Counted from the first letter of the stretch, positions 17,940-28,988 are shown. The stretch is 64,000 nucleotides of DNA from an uncultured Pseudomonadales bacterium (GCA_964635905.1 CAZWPK010000002.1:13621-77620); one strand, 5' to 3'. The notes: generated by a model not told the origin, from the sequence alone. Program-made: numbers and translations.

Positions 17940-19076
17940 TTATTCTACACCATCCCTATTCAAACAGTTGTGATACAGTTTGGAAATAGTCTCTTGAAAT
18001 GTCGAAATAAAGTGCTCTTTTTCAAACTTCTTGGATTGCATGGCAATTGCGTCGTGATTCCATGTTGTAGTTTTGGCCGCAAGAATTGCACGTACAAATG
18101 ATTCTACCTGTTGATCCTCGACGAGTAGACCTGTCTTGTTCTCAACAATCGTTTCAGCAACTCCACTATGTGCATACGAAATGACTGGAGTTCCGTAGGA
18201 TTGCGCTTCCACACTAACGATTCCAAAGTCTTCTTCCTGTGGACAGAATAGTGCAATTGACTGACGATAATAGCTGGCTAGTTCCTCCTCACTGACAAAC
18301 TCCGTAAAGGTAATCCGAGCATCTCCACCTGCCACCTGCTTCAATCTTGACCGATCACTCCCGGTACCAACAATCACGAGCGGCACATCAGCCTGAATAC
18401 AGGCACGGATTGCAATCTCAATTTTCTTATACTCCACAAGACGTGAGACAACCAGAAAGAATGATCGTTGTGAAGGTTTAGTTGTCTGGTCTGCGATTTC
18501 CACAGGTGGATAGATAACCGAATGCACGGGGCGTCGATAGTACTTTTGGATGCGTGATTGAATGAAGGTTGAGATTGCAATGTACGTATCAGGACGCGTT
18601 GCCGCAACAAAATCTTTGTGACGAAGAGACGAGAAAAAGAATTGTCGTAGCCAACCGAACCGCTTGCCTGCATACAGATGGGTATGACTCCAAAGATACC
18701 GCGTTGGTGTCAAACAGTAACAGACATGGAGCTGGTCCGTTCGAGTCACCACAGCTTTAGCAAATTCACTCGTGACAGAAATGACGATCGGAAAACTAGA
18801 AACATCCAACGTTTCAAAAGCCAGCGGCATGAGGAGTGCCGCTTTTTCATGACGCGTGCGAAAAAAAGGAATCTTCTGCAAAAAACTGGTGTTGATCGTC
18901 CAATTCCCTACCCAGGATGCTGCCGTTGGGGCATATACAGAGGTGCACAGGACACTGTTGGGAAAAGCTTCTCGTAGTGCAAGAAGCACACGTTCTGCTC
19001 CGCCGAATTTGTTGACTCGATCATAGACGATGGCGATTGGAAGCTGACTAACTTCAAGTATGGAGAGCTTTTTCAT
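17940..19076 (-). CDS. Glycosyltransferase family 4 (GT-B)
   Basis: C-terminal glycos_transf_1 motif EEDFGIVSVEAQSYGTPVISYAHSGVAETI. Confidence 0.8.
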   Translation of the reverse strand: MKKLSILEVSQLPIAIVYDRVNKFGGAERVLLALREAFPNSVLCTSVYAPTAASWVGNWTINTSFLQKIPFFRTRHEKAALLMPLAFETLDVSSFPIVISVTSEFAKAVVTRTDQLHVCYCLTPTRYLWSHTHLYAGKRFGWLRQFFFSSLRHKDFVAATRPDTYIAISTFIQSRIQKYYRRPVHSVIYPPVEIADQTTKPSQRSFFLVVSRLVEYKKIEIAIRACIQADVPLVIVGTGSDRSRLKQVAGGDARITFTEFVSEEELASYYRQSIALFCPQEEDFGIVSVEAQSYGTPVISYAHSGVAETIVENKTGLLVEDQQVESFVRAILAAKTTTWNHDAIAMQSKKFEKEHFISTFQETISKLYHNCLNRDGVE

Positions 19077-20145
19077 AAATGCCTAGAGTTTCTCCTGCCA
19101 TCATATCCCAAGAGTACCGTCGAACAAAATCTTGCGCGTTCGTTAGATTTGGTTTTTTCTTCTCCAAATCCAACACTGCTTGTGCAAACGCTTCAACATT
19201 TTCTGGATCAAAATAACTAGCATGATCCTGATATATTTCGTTAAAGATGGGAATATTTGAAGCAATCACCGGTATTCCTGCAGCCATTGCTTCAACCCCC
19301 GTTAAACCAAATCCTTCGGACAACGACGGTTGCACAAGAGCTGTTGCTGTTGCATAGCGAAGCTTGAGCTCTGCATCAGATAACCTGCCAACATACTGCA
19401 CACGACGCTCCATTCCTAGATCTGCTATTTCTTGCAAGAATTGCGTAGCGAATACGGAACGCGAGGATGAAATGACAAGCTTGTAGTCGGGTAGCTTCTC
19501 TAATGCACGCACGACTGTCAACACATTTTTATGTGGATAGAGCGAGCCGGTATACATCAGTACTTTTTCGCGTTTGGTGTTTTTTAGTACAGGCCTAAAC
19601 CAAGATGGATCAACGCCCTCATAGGTGACACTGATTTTTTGGGAATCGAGTGATGGGAACAAGTGTACGATCGAATTTTGCACTGTTTTGGCCGGCACGA
19701 TAATTTGATTCGCATGGGACAATGCGCGTGCCACAATCTGTCGATATGCCTGATACTTGAGTGCGTAGCGCAACGGAGATAAGGTCGTCTGTGTGGCTCC
19801 TTTTCGCTCGTGCCAGAGAAGATCATGAATCGTCACGACGGTTTTCCCAGCATAGAGTAAGGGAACGTTGAAATGCGGGACATGGAGTACATCAAGTTGT
19901 GCGTTCCCAAAAATTGCGGGCATCTTCAGTTGTTCCGCCACAGAATAATGGCGAACGGGAGCATAGACAGTTGTGACGTTGGAGCCAAACTTGAATACGC
20001 TGGATTGTTCTTCATCATGAAAAAAAAGAACGAAATGAAACACAGGGTTTTGGGTGACTCGCTTTACCAGTTCTTCAACGTAGCGTCCAATCCCAGCATG
20101 GTTGGCACCTGATAATCGACAATCAATTCCAATACGAAATTTCAT
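19054..20145 (-). CDS. Glycosyltransferase family 4 (GT-B)
   Basis: SEGFGLTGVEAMAAGIPVIASNIPIFNEI motif. Confidence 0.8.
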   Translation of the reverse strand: MKFRIGIDCRLSGANHAGIGRYVEELVKRVTQNPVFHFVLFFHDEEQSSVFKFGSNVTTVYAPVRHYSVAEQLKMPAIFGNAQLDVLHVPHFNVPLLYAGKTVVTIHDLLWHERKGATQTTLSPLRYALKYQAYRQIVARALSHANQIIVPAKTVQNSIVHLFPSLDSQKISVTYEGVDPSWFRPVLKNTKREKVLMYTGSLYPHKNVLTVVRALEKLPDYKLVISSSRSVFATQFLQEIADLGMERRVQYVGRLSDAELKLRYATATALVQPSLSEGFGLTGVEAMAAGIPVIASNIPIFNEIYQDHASYFDPENVEAFAQAVLDLEKKKPNLTNAQDFVRRYSWDMMAGETLGIYEKALHT

Positions 20146-20531
20146 TATTTCCTTTTCCCACGTTCATAGACGGACTGTAGAACCGGATATTGTTGTAACT
20201 CAGCCTGAACCGCAGGTTTCATCTTCTGGTAGAAACCCACGATAAAAACCCGTGCTGCGGCCTCAAGTAAAGCATCATCTGGTTGAATATGGGACTCTCT
20301 CAACTTTAAATCTCTTGCAAAAATTAAATAGGCGTACATGCCGGCAGTATCAGGTGTAAGCAGTACTAGGTCATGGATCTGATGTTCTGCGCTGTCGAGC
20401 TTTTCAAAGAACTCAGCCAGTGATTTCTCGGATGACAACGCATCTCTGTATTCTTGTGCTAGTTTGCCTTGGTGGCGCTCAACAAGCTGGGCAATTCTAA
20501 TGCGATGTGCAAACTTTTCTTGTTCGTTCAT
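20145..20531 (-). CDS. Hypothetical cytoplasmic protein (128 aa)
   Basis: ORF tightly packed between a GT4 and a GT2 gene (start/stop abutting); no recognisable motif. Confidence 0.5.
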   Translation of the reverse strand: MNEQEKFAHRIRIAQLVERHQGKLAQEYRDALSSEKSLAEFFEKLDSAEHQIHDLVLLTPDTAGMYAYLIFARDLKLRESHIQPDDALLEAAARVFIVGFYQKMKPAVQAELQQYPVLQSVYERGKRK

Positions 20532-20538
20532 AGTTTTG

Positions 20539-21456
20539 TTATTTCACTTTCGATAGTATGTTTATTCCTACTAACACTGCATTCTCTAGCCAAACGGGAC
20601 CAATGGAATGCTTTTGATAAAACAGCCGCATTGCGTCATAAAATGCCGTCTTTGTTTGGTGATGCACACGATGGTGGGTCGCCTTCACCGTCTTCTTTAG
20701 TCCTGAGGAATGCTTGTCATGGATCACACGAAGCATGGGAAAGAAATGAATTTCCCAATGCAATTGAGAAAAACGATAGCACCAATCCAAATCCTCACCA
20801 TACATAAAGAAGCGTTCATCTAGCAGCCCTACTTCTTCCATCGCTTGTCGGCGGACAATCATGGCTGCTCCACTGCATGCGTCAACCGGATGAATTTGCG
20901 TTGTGTCTTTCCAGGTTTGATGATACCCGCCAAAAAGTCGATTGATGATCGGAGCTGACGCGCTAAATCGTTCCAATTTTGAAAAATAACACAATGCATT
21001 CCATGGAGTGGGAATACCACGATGACAGGCGGGATCAATGGCACCATTACCTAGTTGTACAAATGGAGTTAGCATCCCGACTGTAGGATGCTCCTGTAGG
21101 TATTCTATTGTTGACTCCAGATCACTGTCGGCTGGGAAATAGGCATCACTATTGAGCAGCATGACAAAAGGGTTGGTAATTTCCTTTAAAGCTAGATTAT
21201 TGCCGCCGGCAAACCCAAGGTTTGTCTCTGATTGGATGAGCTTGATACGTGGATTCTTACCATAGTTTGACTGCAGTTGCTCCAACGAATTGTCAGACGA
21301 AGCGTTATCAACGATGTACACTTCTAGATCCTTGTACCGAAGTTTTAAACAACTCTCAACAGCTCGAATCGAGAGTTCTGGAGTGTTGTAATTTAAGATA
21401 ACTATCGAGAGTGTAGACATATTATTTCTGTTCTCCCACCCCTTGATAGATCCCAT
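20539..21456 (-). CDS. Glycosyltransferase family 2
   Basis: LSIVILNYNTPELSIRAVESC...VDNASSDNS GT-A signature; DxD region. Confidence 0.8.
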   Translation of the reverse strand: MGSIKGWENRNNMSTLSIVILNYNTPELSIRAVESCLKLRYKDLEVYIVDNASSDNSLEQLQSNYGKNPRIKLIQSETNLGFAGGNNLALKEITNPFVMLLNSDAYFPADSDLESTIEYLQEHPTVGMLTPFVQLGNGAIDPACHRGIPTPWNALCYFSKLERFSASAPIINRLFGGYHQTWKDTTQIHPVDACSGAAMIVRRQAMEEVGLLDERFFMYGEDLDWCYRFSQLHWEIHFFPMLRVIHDKHSSGLKKTVKATHHRVHHQTKTAFYDAMRLFYQKHSIGPVWLENAVLVGINILSKVK

Positions 21457-22618
21457 CCAATTTTGCAGAAATTGAGTCCCAATTATATGTTTTCTCCACT
21501 AAGGTTCTCCCGTTATCTGCAAGTTTTTTGGCTAATTTTTTATTGGTTGATAATTCGATGGTAGCCTGAGCTAATTCTTTGGGTGTATTCCCAATTAACG
21601 CATGCACACCGTGTTCGATTCCTAATCCCTCCACTGCCAAGCTCGTCGCAACAATGGGAGTATCGGTTGCCATTGCTTCTAAAACCTTGTACCGAGTGCC
21701 CTTACCACTCCAGACAGGTGCCAAAAGCACATTCGCATGCTTGTACGCATCACGAATGTCTTTGACTCTCCCTTTCACTTGAATGGTGGAATCTTTGGTG
21801 GCATAGGATTGAATTTTGTCGGTGGGAGAGTTTCCGACAATCCATAACTGTGCGTTGGGGATGCCAGCTTTGATCTTCTCCCATACTTTTTCGACCAAAT
21901 ATTCCACAGCTTCAACGTTTGGCAGCCATTTAAAGGTACCCACGAACAAGACAATGAAATGATCCGTGGGTTCTTTTGATGTTTGCTTGAAAAAGAGCGT
22001 GTCGACCCCATTTTCCACCACCCGAATATCACCAACGTTGGGAACGCGGCGCAAGATGTAACTTTTATCTTCCGCACTCATGGCAATCAATCGACTGGCA
22101 TTGCGCCAATAATATTCTTCCCAGTATTTAATCTTGTACACATCCCAATAAAAGAAAGGCTTTAAGAGTGGATTGCCTAATCGTCGTGTAAACTCCTTGT
22201 ATCCTAAGTGCTCGATTGTTTGAACGACTAGAATCATCGGGACGTTCGTTTTGGGAACATTGGGCATGATATAAAACGTTTCAATGTGCAATAAATTGTA
22301 GTCCCCCGATGCGAGTTCCTCTTCAATGGCCTTTTTAAGTTCCGCCGACCTGTACATGGCAACAAGCAAGGGACTATAGGAAAATTGCGATCGAAGAATA
22401 TTACTAGGCGTCCACACGGGACCGCGTTTAAACACACGAATTTTTTTACAAAACGGTTTCAATTTAGCGATGTACTGGCGCTCGTCGTCGGTACGAATAT
22501 AGGAGAACAATGTAATGTTATGTTTAGTGTGAAGATTCTTTAAAAGATTGTAGGTACGTATCTGACCACCAGAAACAAGTGGGTATGGAAGATATGGAGT
22601 AATCATTAAGATGTTCAT
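21422..22618 (-). CDS. Glycosyltransferase family 4 (GT-B)
   Basis: MNILMITPYLPYPLVSGGQIRTYNLL N-terminal GT4 motif; C-terminal GT1 domain. Confidence 0.8.
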   Translation of the reverse strand: MNILMITPYLPYPLVSGGQIRTYNLLKNLHTKHNITLFSYIRTDDERQYIAKLKPFCKKIRVFKRGPVWTPSNILRSQFSYSPLLVAMYRSAELKKAIEEELASGDYNLLHIETFYIMPNVPKTNVPMILVVQTIEHLGYKEFTRRLGNPLLKPFFYWDVYKIKYWEEYYWRNASRLIAMSAEDKSYILRRVPNVGDIRVVENGVDTLFFKQTSKEPTDHFIVLFVGTFKWLPNVEAVEYLVEKVWEKIKAGIPNAQLWIVGNSPTDKIQSYATKDSTIQVKGRVKDIRDAYKHANVLLAPVWSGKGTRYKVLEAMATDTPIVATSLAVEGLGIEHGVHALIGNTPKELAQATIELSTNKKLAKKLADNGRTLVEKTYNWDSISAKLDGIYQGVGEQK

Positions 22619-22681
22619 ACGTGGTCGTTTTCTAAGTAAACTGCTCTACTCGCAGTTATCGTACAATAGTGTTGCGTTCGA

Positions 22682-24169
22682 TCATAATGGGTGACGCAAA
22701 TCTACAATTAAATACTTTTCCGTCTTTGCAACTGTTTGATATTTTTCCATGAGGGCGTTGGCTTCATCATCATAATTTACCGACACATAATGGGTCGCGC
22801 CATTACGTATCTTTTGATCGATATCAAATCCGATTGGCCAACCTGTCCGATTTGTTTGAAACAAGAATGCTGTATCGCCATTATACGGAGCAATCACTTT
22901 AGCATCCAACGGCAACACTGTATCTGCTACTTTCCCTGCTTCCACAATCTCCCAATGATTAATCGCATAGTAGCCTTTTACGAGGTTGGCTGAGAAACAC
23001 AAACCAATGACACTTGAAAGCACCACGATGGCTATCCCTGCGTTTCTTTTCTTCCATGACAGCATCCAATCTATTCCTTTTGCCACAACCAGGGAAACAA
23101 ACGGCAACAAAATGACTTGATAATAGTCATGGCGGACATTCCCCGTTGCAAAGACAATTAAATACATCACCATTCCCATCCCCCACAGATAGAGAACTGC
23201 TTGGGAGTGTAGTTTTTTTACAGAAACGAAAGGAGGAAGCAGTCCGGCAACAAAAAAGGTCACTCCACTAATCCCAAGCCAGAGTTTCGTAAGTCGTTCC
23301 CAAAATAGCCATCGCCACCATGCCGGTCGCAAGCGAATCCCATCCAAGTTATATAACCAGCTGCTCCATGGAATCCCTGTAGGAAACTGTGTAATCCATT
23401 GTCTCCAGAGTAACAATGGAACAAGGGAAAGTATCCCTAGCCCAATGGTGCGTGGATCAACAATGACGCTCCATTTTTTCTGTTGAACAATCATTCCAAG
23501 GAAGGCTGGTAGAAAGAAGATTGCCATCGGCTTTAAGAGTAATGCCAACGAAAAACACAGCATGGAAACGATAAGCTGCATCCACTTCCCCGACTGTAGA
23601 TACCGATTAAAAAACACTAGCGAAACCATCAAAAAACAAATCAGGAATGGCTCAGGCAAGATCACACGCGAGTAAAAAATAGAAAAAGGAAGGACGGCAA
23701 ACACTGTCGCTGCTAGTAAGCCGACGCGCGCAGAAAAAAGTTGCCTACCCAACAGAGCTAAGGCAGTTAGTGACACAAGTGAGGCAACAATTGAAAAAAG
23801 TCGCGAGACAATTACCAGGTCAAAGCTGGGGAAGAGTCGGAGAACTGCGGCGATCAACCCGTTCACAAACGGGTACTCCACCATTCGATAACCTTCCAAA
23901 TTATCTTTCCCTCCAGTCAGAATTCCTGACTGAATATTGGAAAGATCATGATAGCGGGGGTGGAGCAAATCAATTCCATGCTTTACATATTCTCGTGTCA
24001 CCGATGCAGTATCTGCCTGTCGAAAGCTATGCCAGTCTGCAAGAGGGGTTGTTAATTTATAACAGCGAAGTAAAAAAGCAACGACGACAATTCCTAGCAG
24101 GATTTTTATAAACTGTTGCGTACTTGCTGGTGGCGTTGACACTACGTTCGATGAAATCGACTTAGACAT
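22682..24169 (-). CDS. GT-C fold membrane glycosyltransferase (PMT_2 / ArnT-like, GT39/GT83-type)
   Basis: About 12 predicted TM helices; N-terminal first-loop acidic motif ...WHSFRQADTASVTREY typical of ArnT/PMT-like polyprenyl-phosphate-sugar-dependent transferases. Confidence 0.6.
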   Translation of the reverse strand: MSKSISSNVVSTPPASTQQFIKILLGIVVVAFLLRCYKLTTPLADWHSFRQADTASVTREYVKHGIDLLHPRYHDLSNIQSGILTGGKDNLEGYRMVEYPFVNGLIAAVLRLFPSFDLVIVSRLFSIVASLVSLTALALLGRQLFSARVGLLAATVFAVLPFSIFYSRVILPEPFLICFLMVSLVFFNRYLQSGKWMQLIVSMLCFSLALLLKPMAIFFLPAFLGMIVQQKKWSVIVDPRTIGLGILSLVPLLLWRQWITQFPTGIPWSSWLYNLDGIRLRPAWWRWLFWERLTKLWLGISGVTFFVAGLLPPFVSVKKLHSQAVLYLWGMGMVMYLIVFATGNVRHDYYQVILLPFVSLVVAKGIDWMLSWKKRNAGIAIVVLSSVIGLCFSANLVKGYYAINHWEIVEAGKVADTVLPLDAKVIAPYNGDTAFLFQTNRTGWPIGFDIDQKIRNGATHYVSVNYDDEANALMEKYQTVAKTEKYLIVDLRHPL

Positions 24170-25886
24170 ACGATTTCTTTTTTGATCGTTTGAATGTTTG
24201 ACGAGGTGCAGTAACCATTGGTTCGGATAGAATTTTATCCGTCGGCTTCTGTCCTAATTGCAATGCCGCGAAGCCTAACCCCAAGACACTCCAGTATAAA
24301 AAGGCAACTTTTGAGGCAGCAAAGACATCGATATACAGCCCATTAAAGAGCATCCCAATGGAGCCAGCTATGATTCCAAAGGAGATACTGCTTATAAGCA
24401 ATGACTTATGTGCCTCAACTTTTCGAAGTGCTGCGATCATGAATAACCCAATTGGAGCATAGAAGGCAATTGCACCCAATCCTCCAACTTCCCCTAAAGT
24501 TCGTAAGAAATCATTATCCGTACTCTCCGCTTCCGTAAACTGGTCTTTGAATTCTTTGGTTAGCGTCGAATACCCAGACCCCACAATCGGGTTTCGAATA
24601 AATCCATTGATTGCACGTGGCCACAATGTCTCGAAGCGAATACAAGCAGATAAGCCATAGATGTAGGTACAGTCTGAAAATACCCGCGGCACCTCTACAA
24701 CCCTAGTAACTAAGACCCCATTTTCCGAAGCAGTGATCGTTTTGATATCGGGAATATCCTTGTAAACATCGGGTGGAAGATCCACGGGAGCCGGTGGAGG
24801 AGTGGTAACAGTCGCTGAGGAAGTGCTTACAGCAGATTGCGAGGCAACTGGTGTGGCAACGGCAACGGGAAGCTGATCCGTTTTATCTAATGGATCCACG
24901 GAGACTTCTACGCTATTTGCAGGTCGCTGCGTCAAAGGACGTATCACTGTTGCAACAGCTTTCTGCGCTTGTTGTACTAACCCTAATTGTGAAAACCTTG
25001 AAGACAAATCTCCAAAGAGAATCATCACTGTTAGACTAAATCCAAACACGATGGCTCCTCTGGTAATGATCCACACGATCGAACGTTTATACGCCCCAAC
25101 AAAGAGAACCAGTACTCCGATTGCAAGTAAGTAGGCTAAAAAGGAAGAGCGCGAAGCACCCAAAATAAGCAGCCAGAACCCCATCATGAAGACTACGGAC
25201 AGTGCAATTTTTTCAGAGATTTTCTTTGAGAAAAAGATCAACGACAGTACCATGACCAAAAGGAACATCACAAAGGCAGACATGTCATAGTGACCACCAA
25301 ATGTGGATGGGACACGCGCATGCTCGGTTAACACCAATCGCATTCCTTTTGAGAATTCCCGGTTCATGGTGGAATACACTGGCCAATACAGATATTTTTG
25401 ACCAAATCCATACAACGACACTCCGATGAGGACAAAAATCAGACCGACCAATGCCATACGCACATGTCGTCGTTTGGAAATTGCATTATAAAAAAGAAAA
25501 AACAACGAAAAGTATTCTAGGCGACGGGTAAAATGCAAAATCATTTTCCCGATATGGAGAGAATTCATGGGAACGGTCTGCACAATAAAGATGGCAGATA
25601 GAATCGATGCCACTGCTATCACTGCATAGGCGATCACATATTTTGTGATCGGTGTTCGCAGTGTCACCTTTCTTCTAAGCAGTTGTATCCCAAACACCAC
25701 CAGAACTACCCCGAGAAACAGATCTTCTAGGCGAGCACGAACGATATAGCCAGGGATAATATCAAATAGCGGAATCTTTGGGAAAAAAGCAATAAACACT
25801 AATAAGGCGATACAAAGCAACGTAAACCAGTTTTCAAGAAACCACGCAATGCTGCGCTGTATGGGTGATGTAACGTGGAAGGTCAT
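24162..25886 (-). CDS. O-antigen ligase/polymerase-like (Wzy_C domain) membrane protein with Ser/Thr/Pro-rich segment
   Basis: Polytopic membrane protein; segment GASRSSFLAYLLAIGVLVLF resembles the Wzy_C core; long STP-rich linker PVAVATPVASQSAVSTSSATVTTPPPAP. Confidence 0.5.
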   Translation of the reverse strand: MTFHVTSPIQRSIAWFLENWFTLLCIALLVFIAFFPKIPLFDIIPGYIVRARLEDLFLGVVLVVFGIQLLRRKVTLRTPITKYVIAYAVIAVASILSAIFIVQTVPMNSLHIGKMILHFTRRLEYFSLFFLFYNAISKRRHVRMALVGLIFVLIGVSLYGFGQKYLYWPVYSTMNREFSKGMRLVLTEHARVPSTFGGHYDMSAFVMFLLVMVLSLIFFSKKISEKIALSVVFMMGFWLLILGASRSSFLAYLLAIGVLVLFVGAYKRSIVWIITRGAIVFGFSLTVMILFGDLSSRFSQLGLVQQAQKAVATVIRPLTQRPANSVEVSVDPLDKTDQLPVAVATPVASQSAVSTSSATVTTPPPAPVDLPPDVYKDIPDIKTITASENGVLVTRVVEVPRVFSDCTYIYGLSACIRFETLWPRAINGFIRNPIVGSGYSTLTKEFKDQFTEAESTDNDFLRTLGEVGGLGAIAFYAPIGLFMIAALRKVEAHKSLLISSISFGIIAGSIGMLFNGLYIDVFAASKVAFLYWSVLGLGFAALQLGQKPTDKILSEPMVTAPRQTFKRSKKKSYV

Positions 25887-25897
25887 GACGATTCTTT

Positions 25898-26806
25898 CTA
25901 CCTCTTAATGATGGCGCTAAGGATGTCGCGATAAAGCACTCTAGATTCCGTATTACCCTTGAGTATACCAAAAAGTAGATAACGCAGTAGGGCGCCAGTC
26001 ACAAAGATAGCATCAATCACCAAAGCATGCACTCTGGAATGAGACTTAGACAGGACATAGCGTAGTCCTGTAATTTCACCCACTTTGGAGCGATGCGTGC
26101 TTCCACTTGCACTGCCATAGTGGAGAACCAATGCGTCGGGAACGATTCCAACTAAAAATCCAGCCTTAGCGGCCCGGATACAATAGTCCACATCTTCAGC
26201 GTACATAAAAATGTGTTCATCTAAGTTTCCTACACTGTCGATGACGTCACGTTGAAGTAGCATCGCCGTCCCTGCCACCCAACCAACCGGGTATGGTGTT
26301 TTCCCTGTTGAAAGCGGGTCCACGAGCTCTTGATACGGTGAGACACCAGGAATAATTCCCGGAAGTGGCCACAGCCACCACGCAGCAATCGTGAGTAGGG
26401 TTGGTAAACGACCGCCTTGCGGCTGAAAGGAATTGTCCGGATTAACGAGTCTTGGAGAGAGAATTCCATAGCGTGGATTTGCCATCGCAGCATCGAGTAA
26501 TTTGCGTAACGTGCCCTCCATCACGACAGTGTCAGAGTTTAGAAGCAGTAGGTACTCTCCTGAGGACTTTGAAATTCCCACATTATTTGCTTGTGAAAAA
26601 CCCGCATTGGTCGATTGTGCAATCACCGATATCTTTGATCCAAATTTCTCTTTCAAATAGGCAACGGATCCATCGGACGAATGATTGTCCACCACAATGA
26701 CTTCTAAACAATCGACATCTTTTTGAGTGAGAACCGAACGAATGGCTTCGGCTGTCAGCTTCTTGGTGTTATAGGATATAATAATGATACTTAGCTGCAC
26801 ATTCAT
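25898..26806 (-). CDS. Glycosyltransferase family 2
   Basis: LSIIIISYNTKKLTAEAIRSVLTQ...VVDNHSSDGS. Confidence 0.8.
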   Translation of the reverse strand: MNVQLSIIIISYNTKKLTAEAIRSVLTQKDVDCLEVIVVDNHSSDGSVAYLKEKFGSKISVIAQSTNAGFSQANNVGISKSSGEYLLLLNSDTVVMEGTLRKLLDAAMANPRYGILSPRLVNPDNSFQPQGGRLPTLLTIAAWWLWPLPGIIPGVSPYQELVDPLSTGKTPYPVGWVAGTAMLLQRDVIDSVGNLDEHIFMYAEDVDYCIRAAKAGFLVGIVPDALVLHYGSASGSTHRSKVGEITGLRYVLSKSHSRVHALVIDAIFVTGALLRYLLFGILKGNTESRVLYRDILSAIIKR

Positions 26807-26826
26807 AGCGTAACTATACAGCAGAG

Positions 26827-27120
26827 GTGGGCATGATGACTAGAGAAAATATATATCCCTACTATCAAGTAGTAGCCGAGATTACCAAACAACGAAATCT
26901 ACGTCTTAAAGAAGTTTTAGTAGATACATCGATCAAACATCATGCGATTTCAGATGCAGAGTCTCAATTAGTTTCAAAGGAAAGTACTTCCTATCAGTTG
27001 TCGGATGCAGTCCTTACTTCAATCTCCCTAGCGTTTAGACGTCGGTTTTCTACACTAGATGCAGCCGAGGTAGACAGCATCTATACTAAAATCTTGACGA
27101 CCTACTTCGGAAACGCGTGA
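26827..27120 (+). CDS. Hypothetical small protein (97 aa), uncertain
   Basis: ORF fills the only sizeable gap (26807-27131) between two minus-strand genes; no motif; could be non-coding. Confidence 0.3.
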   Translation: MGMMTRENIYPYYQVVAEITKQRNLRLKEVLVDTSIKHHAISDAESQLVSKESTSYQLSDAVLTSISLAFRRRFSTLDAAEVDSIYTKILTTYFGNA

Positions 27121-27131
27121 TTTGCGGTTTT

Positions 27132-27917
27132 CTATTCTAATCGTGCCAGCCCTTTTGCACGACTTTTTTCAAACATAACCACAAAAAATAGGATTGAGAG
27201 TGAGAGATAGAGAATGGTTAGCGCTGTAGCTTTACCGAGCATATCCAGTGGCATCGTGCCTGTGGCAAGAATTGCTCGCATTCCCTCAAAGACATAGGTC
27301 GTCGGTAACCATCGGGAAATTGCTTGTACCGAGCTTGGCAGGACGTCTAACGGATAGTACACCGCACTAAAAGGTGCTAACAAAAAACCCATTGTCCACG
27401 CAATCGTTTGAACTTTCTGTCCCCAGTAGATAATAAATGATGCTCCAATGAAACCAAGTGTCCATCCTGCAATCGTTAAGAGAATGAAAAATGGAATGGT
27501 CATGTAGCCTACATCAAAAATATTCAATTGATACAGTAGATACACCGCCCCAGAGCCTACCAGAACTGTAACCGCAAGCTTTAACAGTCCCAGTAACATG
27601 GCAGCGGCGATCCATTCCGAGAGTTTTAGCGGAGTAGAAAATAAGTTAACCAAATTGGCATTCCACATCTCTTCTAATAAATTGACCGAGATTTCATAGT
27701 TGGCGCGCCAAACCACTTGCCAATACACCAGACCGGTAAGCAACATCAGGATGAAGTGTGGAACTGCAATCTGCGATCGCTCTACCCAAGCACTTGTGAG
27801 TCCCCATAAAATAATGTCTAACACTGGCCAATAAAATGAATCCGACAACCGATCAAAGTTCTTTCGAAATACATAGAGGTGTCGAATACACACAGCCCAG
27901 ACTCTTCCCCAGTTCAT
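27132..27917 (-). CDS. ABC-2 type polysaccharide/teichoic-acid exporter permease (Wzm/TagG-like)
   Basis: 6-TM ABC-2 permease pattern; N-terminus MNWGRVWAVCIRHLYVFRKNF; 4-nt overlap with the ATPase gene. Confidence 0.75.
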   Translation of the reverse strand: MNWGRVWAVCIRHLYVFRKNFDRLSDSFYWPVLDIILWGLTSAWVERSQIAVPHFILMLLTGLVYWQVVWRANYEISVNLLEEMWNANLVNLFSTPLKLSEWIAAAMLLGLLKLAVTVLVGSGAVYLLYQLNIFDVGYMTIPFFILLTIAGWTLGFIGASFIIYWGQKVQTIAWTMGFLLAPFSAVYYPLDVLPSSVQAISRWLPTTYVFEGMRAILATGTMPLDMLGKATALTILYLSLSILFFVVMFEKSRAKGLARLE

Positions 27918-28882
27918 AGTGTGTCCTCTTCTTTCGCTGTTTTTAAAAAGTATTGTTCGAGCGTGGGTGCGTCAATCCGGATATTGGTGTACTCAACTCC
28001 AAGTGTAGCCAGCGCGGATAACAGCTTGGCGACATGAAGTTCGTCTACCGTAAATAGAACCCAGGGTTTCTCCGTAACAAATGGAATGGATTGCGCAGTA
28101 GCATACAGCTGAGCTGCTTTCAGTCCTTTTGCAATGAGCAAGTGCACCGTGGTTTTAGAAAGACTTTTTGCCAGTTTGGCAGGGGTGTCATTGGCAATGA
28201 TTGTTCCCTTTTTCATAAACATCACTCGATCACAGACAGTCGTGACTTCGTCCATGTTATGGGAAGTAAATAACACCGATACTTGATATTCTTTTCGTTG
28301 TTCTAATACAAATGCACGTACTTCTTGAGCGATATCAGGATCCAATGAAGCGGTCGGTTCATCTAATAACGCCACTCGTGGATGTGCCAAAAATGCCTTT
28401 GCCAACATAAGTCGAGTTGATTGTCCCGCAGAAAGGCTACTTCGATCTTGGTCACGTTGCTCCCAAATACCAAAAAACTTTAAGAATTTTTCTATTCGTT
28501 TGGCGCGTTGCCTGGACGGCAAACTCATCAGACGACCGTAGACATCTAAATTTTCATACACCGTCAGTCGCCAAGGAAGATTCACGTACGTACTGGCAAA
28601 TGCTACGTCCTGTAGAATCTCGCTTCGATGGGTAGCTAAGTCTTTATCAAAATAGCGAATGGTTCCGCTTGTGGGTGTAAGGACAGATAGCAACATTTGA
28701 ATCGTTGTCGTCTTTCCAGCTCCGTTCGGACCTAAAAGTCCAAGAATTTCGCCTTCTTGAAGGTCAAATGAAATACTATCCACAGCTACGTACGGCTTCT
28801 TCTTTTCTTGCCATGGGAATACCGGCTTTTTTTCAAAAACCTTTCGTAACTGATGGACTTGTAATGCAAAAACGTTACTCAT
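27914..28882 (-). CDS. ABC transporter ATP-binding protein (Wzt/TagH-like)
   Basis: Walker A GPNGAGKTT, signature LSAGQSTRLMLAKAF, Walker B LLDEPTASLD. Confidence 0.85.
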   Translation of the reverse strand: MSNVFALQVHQLRKVFEKKPVFPWQEKKKPYVAVDSISFDLQEGEILGLLGPNGAGKTTTIQMLLSVLTPTSGTIRYFDKDLATHRSEILQDVAFASTYVNLPWRLTVYENLDVYGRLMSLPSRQRAKRIEKFLKFFGIWEQRDQDRSSLSAGQSTRLMLAKAFLAHPRVALLDEPTASLDPDIAQEVRAFVLEQRKEYQVSVLFTSHNMDEVTTVCDRVMFMKKGTIIANDTPAKLAKSLSKTTVHLLIAKGLKAAQLYATAQSIPFVTEKPWVLFTVDELHVAKLLSALATLGVEYTNIRIDAPTLEQYFLKTAKEEDTL

Positions 28883-28988
28883 ACAAAAATCACTGCGAGG
28901 TGATCAGCAGTACGTATGTTCTGATTCTTTGTCGGGGGAATCCAGAGGAGATATTATAAAAAGAAATGCTTTTAAAAAGCAATCCCTA